A stretch of DNA of 59,352 nucleotides, counting the filler. It is 4 parts of 4 records of this genome, joined end to end, with 100 filler letters (N's around TTAATTAATTAA, not from the genome) between each part and the next. Parts side by side here need not be neighbours in the genome. Positions count along the whole stretch, not along the records: positions 48,904 to 59,352 come from SRR20825006_1001; 3 more parts are not named here. One strand, written 5' to 3'. The notes beneath the pieces were generated by a model. The model ran no database searches, had not been told where the DNA came from, and worked only from the letters and a program-made list of their open reading frames with translations. The translations under genes were made by a program, and so were the position numbers. Below, piece after piece: positions 50,720 through 59,352 of this stretch; the stretch's first letter is position 1; the number at the start of each line of letters is the position of its first letter.

Positions 50720-52327
50720 CTAGGGGATATCCCGCTCTGCGGCATCGATGCAGCCAGCCGCTTCCAATATATCGAGTGCCGGGGTGAGCTGCGCCTCGTA
50801 CCGCTTCCATCGGGCCAGCGCCCGGGTATAGAGCGGCTCGCGCACCTGCGCGGAACTGGCGGTCGCAACCGGCGCGGCATTCTGGTGAAAGTCCAGGCAT
50901 TGGGCCTCAAATGACAGGCCGCAGAACTCGAGCAATCTCCGTGTCTGGGCCTCGATGTCGCCCACCACGTCTTCATAATGAACCTGTGTGAACCGGCCTG
51001 CCGGAAGCGTCTCGCTGTAATGCCGGATCATGCGGTCAAAGCCGACATAATAGTGCGCCGTGGTTTCCAGGTTCAGGGCGTAGTCGTAATAGGGAAACTG
51101 CGTCGCAAACAATTGCCTGTAATTGCTGAGCACTGTGTCCGCCGGATGCCGCCTGAGGCAGATGATCCGCGCTTCCGGCAGGGCCGCCAAAATGATGGGG
51201 GCGTAAATCGCATTCAGTGGCAGCTTGTCAATGAACCGCCCAGTCAGGCCGAGCGTGGATTCAACGCGTTGCATGTACATCCGGCCAAGCTCGTTCTGGT
51301 CTACCTGCCCGGCTGCCGCCAGCGTTTCGACATCCAGCACGTATTTCGATCGGGTGCCTGACAGGTGTTTCAGGCTGATCCCGAAATCGGCGAGTTCTCC
51401 GGCCGAAGTCACCTCGCTATGGCTCGACAAGATCCGGTCGACCAGGGTGGTTCCCGTCCGGGGCATGCCGACAATGAAAATGGGTTGCGCGCTGGTATGG
51501 CCACCCATCATTGGCAGGTGTGTCGTCGCTTTCGCCGCGTCGAAAATGGCGTCATCAAACGCCGTATCGTGTTGCACAGCGGCCCATTTGGCTGATTTGG
51601 CTTTGGCCAGCCAGCCCATCGCTTCGGCTGGTTGGTTCAAATCCTCATAGGCCTTGGCGAGGGCATGGCCGACGCGGAGCGCGTCATCGGCTTTATGGGC
51701 GACCGAGGGAAACACAGCTTTCAATTCGGCAATCTGGTTGTCGGCCTCGGTCTGCTTCGTGATCTGGACGATTGCGGCCAGAGCGCGGGTCTCGCCCGGA
51801 TCCAGCATTAAGCATCTGCGATAGGCTTCCCGCGCTTCGTCCATGTGTCCGATAAACTGAAGCGCCGCTCCAAGATTGTAATGGTAGGCAGAGACATCTG
51901 GGGCGGTCGCCGTGGCCCGCTTGTAGAATTCCAGAGAACGGTCATGCAGTCCGGCGCGGCTGTAGACGACCCCCAGCGTGTCGAGCGTCAAGGCGTCGTC
52001 TGGCGCAAGCACGGCGGCGGCATCCGCAGACCGTACAGCCGATTCGCGCCTGAGAAGTGCCATTTCACTGCGCGCTTTTTGGGCGAGCACTTCAGGGTGT
52101 TGTGGGCTGAGTGTCAGCGCACGATCAAACAGGTCTATGGCCTTGGCATGATTGGCGTGATCCGCGGTCAGGATGCCCAGTAGATAATACGCGCGCGGCT
52201 CGCCGGGGTCCCGTTTCAGCGCCTCCATGCAGTCGGCATGCGCATGCCTGTAAGCCTTCTTTTCCAGATGGCTCGCCGCCCGGTCCAGTAGCCCAATATT
52301 TGGCGAAGATGCCCAATTTTTGGTCAG
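50720..52327 (-). CDS. TPR-repeat sulfotransferase
   Basis: Multiple TPR repeats, then PIFIVGMPRTGTTL (5'-PSB), FIDKLPLN, RHPADTVLSNY (3'-PB) and TASSAQVREP. The frame is open upstream of ATG 52228 to a CTG at 52327. Confidence 0.88.
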   Translation of the reverse strand: MTKNWASSPNIGLLDRAASHLEKKAYRHAHADCMEALKRDPGEPRAYYLLGILTADHANHAKAIDLFDRALTLSPQHPEVLAQKARSEMALLRRESAVRSADAAAVLAPDDALTLDTLGVVYSRAGLHDRSLEFYKRATATAPDVSAYHYNLGAALQFIGHMDEAREAYRRCLMLDPGETRALAAIVQITKQTEADNQIAELKAVFPSVAHKADDALRVGHALAKAYEDLNQPAEAMGWLAKAKSAKWAAVQHDTAFDDAIFDAAKATTHLPMMGGHTSAQPIFIVGMPRTGTTLVDRILSSHSEVTSAGELADFGISLKHLSGTRSKYVLDVETLAAAGQVDQNELGRMYMQRVESTLGLTGRFIDKLPLNAIYAPIILAALPEARIICLRRHPADTVLSNYRQLFATQFPYYDYALNLETTAHYYVGFDRMIRHYSETLPAGRFTQVHYEDVVGDIEAQTRRLLEFCGLSFEAQCLDFHQNAAPVATASSAQVREPLYTRALARWKRYEAQLTPALDILEAAGCIDAAERDIP

Positions 52328-52493
52328 TGCATTGTTCCTTCATTCTACAACTGAGCCGTATAGGCGCAATTCTGTGCCAAAAATATTACGCCAAGGACAT
52401 AAATGTGCTGCCGTGTGGGACGGTCGCTTGTGCCAAATTCTTCCCTGCTTCCTAATGTTGGAGGTGAGGTAGGAACTATAGGAGTTTCTACAA

Positions 52494-55001
52494 ATGTCTA
52501 AATCCAGTCTACTACGGCAGACCAGTCTTGTCGTGCTTGCGACAGGCCTTGCCATGGGTGCCAGCGCCCAGGAAGAACCGTCCAGCGACAGCGAATTGCG
52601 CGCCCAGACCATTACGGTCACCGCCACCCGCCGCGCCGAAAGCGTCCAGGATATTCCGCTGAACATCGCGGCCCTTGGCGGCGAGCAGATCGAAGAGCAA
52701 GGCTTTGACGAACTGGCAGATGTGCTGGCTTATGTACCGGGTATCAACGTCGTTGATCGCGGTGGCCGTCAGGGCAACCCCGTTATTGTTCGTGGTCTGA
52801 ATGCAGATGGCCTCGGCTCCGGTGACGGCAACAATGATGGCGGCGGCACGGTTGCCACCTATCTCGGCGAGATTCCGCTTTTTGTGGATCTCAAGCTGAA
52901 TGACCTTCAGCGCGTGGAAGTCCTGCTTGGGCCGCAAGGCACACTTTACGGCGCCGGTACGCTTGGCGGCGCAATCCGTTACATCCCGAACAAGCCGGAT
53001 TTTGATGGCGACCTACTGGAAGTGCGGTCGGAATTCTCAAAATATTCCGAAGCAGCATCGCTCAGCTATGAAACCGGCTTGACCTTCAACAAGACGTTTG
53101 CGCCAAACTTTGCGATCCGTGGCTCGGTCGACTACGAAGACGATTCCGGTTTCATCGACTATCCATACATCGTGCAGGAAATCGGTGTATCTGATCCGGA
53201 CCCGGACTTTTCTGACCCGACTGATGTTGCGTCCAATTTGCGCGGCGTCACGGATGCGAATGGCGAGCGGACCGTTTCCGGCCGCCTCGCTGCGCGCTGG
53301 GAACCAACTGAGTGGCTCGATGGGACGGCGACCTATTATTACCAGAAGTCCGAAATCGATGGCCGCCAGGGCTCCAGCTGGCGCAACACGCTCCAGACCG
53401 GGAAATACGAACTGGCCAAACGTGTCGAAGAACCGAACGAGATTACCAACCAGTTGCTGGCGCTTGAGCTGACAGCTGATCTCGGCTTTGCGGAGCTGAC
53501 CTCCGCCACCGGCTATTCCCGGTTCGACGACAATGGCCAGCGCGACCAGACCGACCTCCTGATCTCGCTCGAATACAGCTATGAACTGTTCCCGACCTTC
53601 ACCTCCTTCACGCATGAGAAGGGCCGCGAGAACACATTCAACCAGGAAGTCCGTCTCGTTTCGACGACTGACAGCCGGTTCAACTGGATCGTTGGTGCGT
53701 TCTACAACAATTCCGATGTGACCTCTTACTCGCAGGAGTACACGCCGGGATATGCGGACTATGTCGGCTTCGACCGCCCGGATGACCTGGAATACTATTC
53801 CCAGTTCTATTCTTCACTGGAAGAAGCAGCGCTGTTTGGGGAAGTTGGATTTGACATCACCGATCGCTGGACCGTCACGGTCGGGGGGCGCTATTATGAG
53901 TATGATCTGGAATCGTTCAGCGATGTCGATTTCCCGCTGTTCGATAGCGGTCCGAACTATCTCCAGCCCGTTGGCATCAGCGACATGGAAGACAGCCTGA
54001 AGTCTGACTTCGCAGCCGGCAGCCCGAATGGCACAGAGCGGACCAGCCAATCCGATGATGGCACCCTGTTCAAGTTCAACACCTCTTATCAGGTGACGAA
54101 TGATGTTCTCGGTTACTTCACGGTCAGCGAAGGCTACCGGATTGGCAACTCGAACGGTATTGGCGTTTGCCCGGCCTATGATCCGACCAACAACCAGCAA
54201 GGCGCATGTGCACTGCTGCCGGGACAGCAATTCGGACCGGGCGCTGGCGACGTTTCCACGCGGGACGAATCGCAATTCGGTCCTGACACGACCACCAATT
54301 ACGAGCTTGGCTTCAAGTCGACCCTGATGGATGGGCGGGTCACCCTGAACGGCGCAGTCTACTATATCGAGTGGACCGATCCGCAGCTGAGTTCTGCCAC
54401 GATCAACGCCTCCATTCCGATCACGGTCAATGCCGAAGGCGCTGAGTCCAAAGGCTTTGAGGTCAATGGCGCCTGGGCAGTCAATGAGAACCTCTCCGTA
54501 CGCGGCAGCTATAGTCATTCCGAGGCAACGCTCACCGCAGATGCACCGGGCCTTGTCGGCACGATCTCGCCTCCGGGCTTCGGGTCGGTCTTGCTGGACG
54601 GCAGCGACGGCGACCGCCTGCCCGGCTCTCCGGAAGATCAGTTCGCAGTCTTCGGAACCTATGTCATGCCGCTCGAAAATGGCGCGGAAGTTGCCTTCAA
54701 TGCCGGCTACACATGGCAGGGCGATGTGCTCAGCCGCACGGGTGGCCTCGGCGATGGTTTGACGCTCGATTCCTTTGGGCTGGCCAATGTCTCTGCCGTA
54801 TATGACACGGGCGACTGGCAGGCGACCTTCTTCGTGAACAACCTCTTTGACGAGTTCTACGAGACCGGCGTCGTCGGCACGAATCTCTACAATCAGGTTC
54901 TGTCTGATGATGCGGGCGGCCCGGTCTATCAACGGACCTACTACACCCATGTCGGCGCGCCGCGTTCGATCGGTGTGCGGTTCAAATATACGTTTGAATA
55001 G
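52494..55001 (+). CDS. TonB-dependent outer membrane receptor
   Basis: Signal peptide, TITVTATRR TonB box, RVEVLLGPQGTLYG plug motif, C-terminal PRSIGVRFKYTFE. Confidence 0.95.
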   Translation: MSKSSLLRQTSLVVLATGLAMGASAQEEPSSDSELRAQTITVTATRRAESVQDIPLNIAALGGEQIEEQGFDELADVLAYVPGINVVDRGGRQGNPVIVRGLNADGLGSGDGNNDGGGTVATYLGEIPLFVDLKLNDLQRVEVLLGPQGTLYGAGTLGGAIRYIPNKPDFDGDLLEVRSEFSKYSEAASLSYETGLTFNKTFAPNFAIRGSVDYEDDSGFIDYPYIVQEIGVSDPDPDFSDPTDVASNLRGVTDANGERTVSGRLAARWEPTEWLDGTATYYYQKSEIDGRQGSSWRNTLQTGKYELAKRVEEPNEITNQLLALELTADLGFAELTSATGYSRFDDNGQRDQTDLLISLEYSYELFPTFTSFTHEKGRENTFNQEVRLVSTTDSRFNWIVGAFYNNSDVTSYSQEYTPGYADYVGFDRPDDLEYYSQFYSSLEEAALFGEVGFDITDRWTVTVGGRYYEYDLESFSDVDFPLFDSGPNYLQPVGISDMEDSLKSDFAAGSPNGTERTSQSDDGTLFKFNTSYQVTNDVLGYFTVSEGYRIGNSNGIGVCPAYDPTNNQQGACALLPGQQFGPGAGDVSTRDESQFGPDTTTNYELGFKSTLMDGRVTLNGAVYYIEWTDPQLSSATINASIPITVNAEGAESKGFEVNGAWAVNENLSVRGSYSHSEATLTADAPGLVGTISPPGFGSVLLDGSDGDRLPGSPEDQFAVFGTYVMPLENGAEVAFNAGYTWQGDVLSRTGGLGDGLTLDSFGLANVSAVYDTGDWQATFFVNNLFDEFYETGVVGTNLYNQVLSDDAGGPVYQRTYYTHVGAPRSIGVRFKYTFE

Positions 55002-55034
55002 TCGACTTCCTGACTGTTCCAAAGGTCAATCCCC

Positions 55035-55067
55035 GGGGTCGCCTGTCATGGGCGGCCCCTCCCTTTT
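55035..55067 (+). terminator. Hairpin terminator between convergent TBDR and proX
   Basis: GGGGTCGCC-loop-GGCGGCCCC followed by TCCCTTTT. Confidence 0.6.
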
Positions 55068-55082
55068 CAGATCTGGCCTTTT

Positions 55083-55592
55083 TCAGGCTTCGTCCAGCAA
55101 TTGGGTAAAGTCCACCACTTCAAACCCATGCCCCGTCGCGCGGGCAAACCGCTCCAGATCATCCCGCGCAATCGCCGTGGTCCCGGTATTGGTCAGCGGG
55201 TGAAAGTTTACCGGATCGTGATCCAGCAGCGCGGCATCGACCAGGAAACGCACGCGCCCGCTTGTATCATTCATCAGGGCAAATGCCGTCACCGATCCCG
55301 GTGTCACGCCCAGCACTTCCTCCATCAGATCGGGTGAACCAAACGACAGCCGCCGCGTGCCGATCAGGCGATGAAGCCGGTTCAGCTTGAGCTCTGAATG
55401 TGCCTCCGCCGCGATCAGGATGATCGCGCCATCCTTGTCGGTCAGGAACAGGTTCTTGGTGTGTCCGCCGGGCATGGAGGCTTTCAACTCCCGCCCCTCA
55501 TCCACCGTAAACACGGCATCGTGCCAATGTGTTGTATGGGCGACGCCCAATTCATCCAGATAGGCAAAGAGATCATCAGGGGTTGCGGTCAT
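55083..55592 (-). CDS. YbaK/ProX family aminoacyl-tRNA deacylase (PrdX/ProX type)
   Basis: GHTKNLFL, LSFGS, PGSVTAFAL and NFHPLTNTGT motifs. Confidence 0.88.
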   Translation of the reverse strand: MTATPDDLFAYLDELGVAHTTHWHDAVFTVDEGRELKASMPGGHTKNLFLTDKDGAIILIAAEAHSELKLNRLHRLIGTRRLSFGSPDLMEEVLGVTPGSVTAFALMNDTSGRVRFLVDAALLDHDPVNFHPLTNTGTTAIARDDLERFARATGHGFEVVDFTQLLDEA

Positions 55593-55650
55593 GGCGTCCT
55601 TTGGGCCAAGACTTTAGCCTCCCGTCAAGCACTGCTCTGGATACCGCTTC

Positions 55651-56385
55651 ATGCATCTCGATTGCTACAAGATCTACGACGTCGCGCCACAAATGGTGCC
55701 CGCGCGCTCCAATCGCGACTGGATGGACGCCTTCACAGATCGCCATCCCTATCGCTGCCTGCCGCTGACCATGGCCAATTCCACCGGCTGGGAATTGCTC
55801 TGCCCGATGGACATCAAGATCAAATGGAATGGCGGCACGCGCAATGAAGACATTCAGATCCTGACGCGCGGCGATCCGAACGCAATTTCCAGCTTTGCCG
55901 ATGCGCATTTCATGCGCGGCATCGTCACCTTCCATACCGGCCATCTGTTCCGCACGCCGCCCGGTTGGGGCGTCTGGGTCACGGGTCCGCCAAACTGGCC
56001 AAAGGATGGCATCTATCCGCTGACGGGCCTGGTCGAGACCGACTGGCTGCCCTTCCCGTTCACAATGAACTGGCAGATGACGCGCCCCGGCGAAGTGATC
56101 TTCGAAAAGGACGAGCCCTTCGCCTTCATCACGCTGATGGAGCACAAGAAGCTGGAAGAGATCGAACCGGAGCGGAAGCTGCTGCGCTCGAACACGGAAT
56201 TGGTGAAGGAATATAATGCCTGGACCGAAAGCCGGTCAGACTTCAACAAGCGCCTGAAGACAGGCGAAGAAAACGCCATGAAGGAACGCTGGCAGCGCCA
56301 CTATATGCGCGGCGAAAAACCCACGGGCGACAAAGCCGATACCCACCAAACCAAACGCCGCCTGAAAGCGCCGAAAGAGGTTTAA
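55651..56385 (+). CDS. DUF6065 family protein
   Basis: RDWMD, YRCLPLTMANSTGWELLCP, GPPNWPKDG and ETDWLPFPFTMNW motifs. Confidence 0.82.
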   Translation: MHLDCYKIYDVAPQMVPARSNRDWMDAFTDRHPYRCLPLTMANSTGWELLCPMDIKIKWNGGTRNEDIQILTRGDPNAISSFADAHFMRGIVTFHTGHLFRTPPGWGVWVTGPPNWPKDGIYPLTGLVETDWLPFPFTMNWQMTRPGEVIFEKDEPFAFITLMEHKKLEEIEPERKLLRSNTELVKEYNAWTESRSDFNKRLKTGEENAMKERWQRHYMRGEKPTGDKADTHQTKRRLKAPKEV

Positions 56386-56387
56386 GA

Positions 56388-56711
56388 GTGCGCAGCACGC
56401 GAGTCTCTCTTCTCAAGAGTTTCGTGCTAGGGGCTGCGTTGCCATTCATCCTCATCGGTGTTTGCGCACTTCTGGGCGTCGGCTATGCTGTCCTGAATGG
56501 GTTCAGTGGCGCGGACATTCTCGATGCTGTGAGCTTCGGAGCCTTTGTTGGAGCTATGATGGCGCTGCTTGGTGGAGCTGACATGATATTTGGTTCCGCT
56601 TTGGGAGGCCTGTTCGACAAGAACACCCCTTGGACCGAGTATCTTGCAACGGCAATTGGTTACGCCACGGTCTGGGTGCCGGCGATCATGTGGATCCGGC
56701 ATGCGCTTTGA
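56388..56711 (+). CDS. Hypothetical small membrane protein
   Basis: 107-aa ORF with about three hydrophobic helices, directly after DUF6065. Confidence 0.55.
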   Translation: MRSTRVSLLKSFVLGAALPFILIGVCALLGVGYAVLNGFSGADILDAVSFGAFVGAMMALLGGADMIFGSALGGLFDKNTPWTEYLATAIGYATVWVPAIMWIRHAL

Positions 56712-56733
56712 ATTGCCCGAAGACAGTCCTGCG

Positions 56734-56910
56734 GAGAGCGCCTTCGCGCTTTTCTCGACCCGCTATGAGACGTTCGGCTGTTAAGTGAACCGCCTGCCGC
56801 CCAGCCCCGGCTCCCTCCACTTCCACAAACGCTTCGGCTTCGAAGAAATCGGCGAGAACATCTTCGTGCCAAGTGAGAAGGAAGTGATCTATATGGAGCG
56901 GGTGATATGA
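56734..56910 (+). pseudogene. Remnant of a GNAT acetyltransferase (COG3818-like) C-terminus
   Basis: Manual translation ...RYETFGC*VNRLPPSPGSLHFHKRFGFEEIGE...YMERVI*. An in-frame TAA at 56782 replaces the E of the CEVN motif. The 5' boundary is approximate. Confidence 0.65.
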
Positions 56911-57326
56911 GTCAGGAATTCAGGGGTCTCACTTCAGAAGAACGCGCGGCATTGGAAAGTGGCCTTTCTCTTGCGTCGAGACTGGGGGACGCTGCCCCGC
57001 CTCTTACCGCTGCGCATGTACAAGACCTCTACGACACGCTCTCGAGCCAGTATCCGGAATATGGTGAAGGCATCATCGCGGCGGGACTGGCATTCGGGGA
57101 ACTGTTGGCCCAGAAGGTTCCGCTTGAATGGGTGCGGGTGAAGGACGAGTTCGGAGAGGAAACAGTCCTGGCCATACCTGACCTGAAGATATTTTGTTCT
57201 CCAGTCAGCATGATTCAGAAGCGGGTAAGGGAGTCCGCGCGGGTCAGCATCACTGACCTTTGCCATGCGATGGCGAGCGAGCTGCAGCGCATGGCGGACT
57301 CTGGGGAATACGACAGCCGACCGTAG
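56907..57326 (+). CDS. DUF3806-like protein
   Basis: AGLAFGELL...LEWVRVKDEFG...PVSMIQKR pattern. Confidence 0.65.
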   Translation: MSQEFRGLTSEERAALESGLSLASRLGDAAPPLTAAHVQDLYDTLSSQYPEYGEGIIAAGLAFGELLAQKVPLEWVRVKDEFGEETVLAIPDLKIFCSPVSMIQKRVRESARVSITDLCHAMASELQRMADSGEYDSRP

Positions 57327-57332
57327 GTAGCT

Positions 57333-57680
57333 CTAACCTTTTCGCCCGGCCTTCTCGTCAATCCCACTGATGCCTTGCCGTTTCTCCAGCGCGGCGGCCA
57401 CCGCATCGAGGCTCACCCCCCGCGAGCGCAGTGCGACAAAGGCATGATAGAGCACGTCGGCCGCCTCGCTTGCCACATGCGCATCGCTCTCGCGGCGCAC
57501 GGCCTCGGCCAGCTCCATGCCTTCCTCATGCACTTTCTCCGCGCAGGCTTCCGGCCCCTTGGCCAGCAGTTTTGCGGTCCACGAACTGGATGCGTCGCCT
57601 TCCTTGGCGCGTGCGTCGATCGTGGTGCCGAGATGGGCGAGGGCCGCAGCCAGGCGGTCAGGGGAGCCGAGATCTGTCAT
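57333..57680 (-). CDS. hisE: Phosphoribosyl-ATP pyrophosphatase
   Basis: SWTAKLL, KVHEEG and EAADVLYH motifs. Confidence 0.92.
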   Translation of the reverse strand: MTDLGSPDRLAAALAHLGTTIDARAKEGDASSSWTAKLLAKGPEACAEKVHEEGMELAEAVRRESDAHVASEAADVLYHAFVALRSRGVSLDAVAAALEKRQGISGIDEKAGRKG

Positions 57681-57789
57681 GGCCTTGGCTTAGCGCACTT
57701 ACGCGACGTGAGGAAGCGCGGGCGCTTGACGCGAGGCCTTACTGGCGCACTTTAACCTCAGGAAACGCCACCAGATCAGGAAGAATGTC

Positions 57790-58605
57790 ATGAAAGACCG
57801 GGTCTCCATTACCATGCTGGACGACGGCATCGCCGACGTTCGCTTCATCCGCATTGACAAGATGAACGCCCTCGACCCCGCCATGTTTGACGGCATCAAT
57901 GAGGCGATTGCCCAGCTGAAAGAGACAAAGGGCCTGCGCGCCGTGGTCGTCTCAGGTGAAGGCCGCGCCTTCTGCGCCGGGCTGGACCTGTCCAGCCTCG
58001 GCAGCGATTCCGGCAGCGACGAGTCCAAGAGCGTCACCGGCAGCAAGAACACCTTGTCCGACCGCACGCACGGCATCGCCAATCGCGCGCAATATGTCGC
58101 CTGGGGCTGGCGTGAGATTCCGGCGCCGGTCATCGCCGCTGCGCATGGTGTGGCCTTTGGGGGCGGCTTCCAGATTCTCTCCGGCGCCGATATTCGCTTT
58201 GTCCATCCAGACACACGTTGCGCCATCATGGAACTGAAATGGGGCCTCGTGCCCGACATGGCGGGTTTCCCGCTCTGGCGCGGCAATGTCCGTGACGATG
58301 TGCTGCGCGAACTGACCTATACGAACCGGATCTTCAACGGCACCGAAGCGCAGGAAATGGGTTTTGCCACCCATATCTCCGACAATCCGCTGGATGATGC
58401 GATGGCGCTCGCCAAGCAAATCGCGCTGAAGAACCCGGACGCGATCAAGGCCTCCAAACGCATCTTCAATTCCATGCAGGATGCCACCGACGCGGAACTC
58501 CTGATGGCGGAATCGGTCGAGCAGGACAAGATCATCCGTACACCGAATCAGATGGAAGCGGTGTTCGCCGAGATGCAAAAGCGCAAGCCGGCCTTTACCG
58601 ACTAG
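57790..58605 (+). CDS. Enoyl-CoA hydratase/crotonase family protein
   Basis: AFCAGLD, AFGGGFQI and MELKWGLVPD motifs. Confidence 0.92.
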   Translation: MKDRVSITMLDDGIADVRFIRIDKMNALDPAMFDGINEAIAQLKETKGLRAVVVSGEGRAFCAGLDLSSLGSDSGSDESKSVTGSKNTLSDRTHGIANRAQYVAWGWREIPAPVIAAAHGVAFGGGFQILSGADIRFVHPDTRCAIMELKWGLVPDMAGFPLWRGNVRDDVLRELTYTNRIFNGTEAQEMGFATHISDNPLDDAMALAKQIALKNPDAIKASKRIFNSMQDATDAELLMAESVEQDKIIRTPNQMEAVFAEMQKRKPAFTD

Positions 58606-59018
58606 TCGCTCTCGCCATTTGCGGCCTCAAACGCGGCAAAGGCTTCTTCGCCCGTCAGCATCGGCGTGTCATTGGCCAGATCATAATAGGCGGCTTTCTC
58701 GTCGATGAAGATCTGCTGCGACAGCTTTGACAGGTCGGCCTCCTGAAACAGGCCGGCCGACAGGGCGAAATGGTCGTGGAATTTGAGGTGGTAGTAGAGA
58801 TGGCTGCCACAGGTCTTGCAAAAGGCCCGCTCGGCCCAGTCCGAGGACTGGTAGTCGGCGATATGGTCCTCGCCTTCGATCTCCAGCTTGCCGTCATGGT
58901 CGACCGTGAACAGCGGCCCGCCGCCCCAGCGTCGGCACGTCGCGCAATGGCAAACTGCCAACTCGTTGATGTCCGGCACCGTGATTGTCACCGCGCCGCA
59001 TAGACAATGGCCTTTCAT
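58602..59018 (-). CDS. GFA (CENP-V-like) zinc protein
   Basis: GHCLCG, CHCATCRR and FCKTCGS motifs; ATG at 59018 with GGAGG RBS (the ORF-track start at 59156 is over-extended). Confidence 0.88.
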   Translation of the reverse strand: MKGHCLCGAVTITVPDINELAVCHCATCRRWGGGPLFTVDHDGKLEIEGEDHIADYQSSDWAERAFCKTCGSHLYYHLKFHDHFALSAGLFQEADLSKLSQQIFIDEKAAYYDLANDTPMLTGEEAFAAFEAANGESD

Positions 59019-59100
59019 GATCGCTCCCTCCTGTTTGTATAAGGAGGCCAGCCTACGCCAATGCGGCCATATCTCAATTGAAGGCTTTGTGACGATTTCG

Positions 59101-59352
59101 TCAGAGGGGGCGGACAGGCGCTCCGGCGGCAGCCAGTGCGGCGCGGGCCTCGGCAATCGTCGCTTCGCCGAAATGGAAGATCGAGGCGGCCAACACCGCC
59201 GTCGCCCCGCCCTCGATCACGGCGGGGGCGAGGTCTTCCACCTTGCCTGCCCCGCCACTGGCGATGACGGGAATGTTCACCGCGCCGGTGATTGCTTTCA
59301 ACAGGGGCAGGTCGTATCCGGATTTGGTGCCGTCCCGATCCATGCTGGTCAG
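59101..59352 (-). CDS. hisF: Imidazole glycerol phosphate synthase cyclase subunit, C-terminal part
   Basis: [22 protein letters not shown] and [10 protein letters not shown] motifs; runs off the window end. Confidence 0.95.
   Translation of the reverse strand: MTSMDRDGTKSGYDLPLLKAITGAVNIPVIASGGAGKVEDLAPAVIEGGATAVLAASIFHFGEATIAEARAALAAAGAPVRPL

Noticed and set aside
52364..52380. TTGGCACAGAATTGC as a sigma54 promoter for the sulfotransferase
   Set aside because: The GG-to-GC spacing is 9 nt rather than the required 10.
53037..55022. Long antisense ORFs in the GC-rich contigs (e.g. 53814-55022 and 53037-53615; also 38429-39469)
   Set aside because: Shadow frames of well-supported genes, expected at high GC; no recognisable motifs.
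56782..56784. In-frame stop in the GNAT remnant as recoding or readthrough
   Set aside because: The codon is TAA at a Glu position and the gene also lacks its N-terminus, so decay is the simpler explanation.

Overview
This window is not one locus. It is four unrelated contigs joined by identical 100-nt artificial spacers (44 N + TTAATTAATTAA + 44 N) at 31169-31268, 39973-40072 and 48804-48903; taxonomic calls are inferred from composition and gene content. Contig 1 (1-31168) is AT-rich and Balneola/Rhodothermota-like. It carries groEL/groES behind a sigma54-type promoter, rsmA, a PgpH-like 7TM-HD hydrolase coupled to xerD, ggt, ytxJ, proteases, a desaturase, two tandem 7TM-DISM hybrid kinases, osmC-metZ, a 1254-aa T9SS-type secreted protein with a candidate structured leader, a His-motif membrane protein and a Crp/Fnr regulator. 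Contig 2 (31269-39972) is GC-rich and alphaproteobacterial: a Dpp-type ABC transporter, a stand-alone GAF protein, hydantoinase/oxoprolinase A and B and a racemase, ending in nested IS630/IS701 remnants. Contig 3 (40073-48803) is Flavobacteriaceae-like: nhaC end, ahpC-trx-small ORF, tpx, dgkA, ftsK, lolA, lptF/G and ribB fused to a degenerate GTP cyclohydrolase II. Contig 4 (48904-59352) is Hyphomonas-like: ftsK end, aldo/keto reductase, a TPR-sulfotransferase divergent from a TonB-dependent receptor, proX, DUF6065, a GNAT pseudogene, DUF3806, hisE, crotonase, GFA protein and hisF end. I saw no CRISPR array, rRNA, tRNA or recognisable defence system. The best candidates for uncharacterised systems are the sulfotransferase/TBDR pair, the GAF-containing cyclic-amide catabolic operon, the regulatory region of the large secreted protein, and two His-motif proteins of unknown function. 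None can be shown to be novel from sequence alone.
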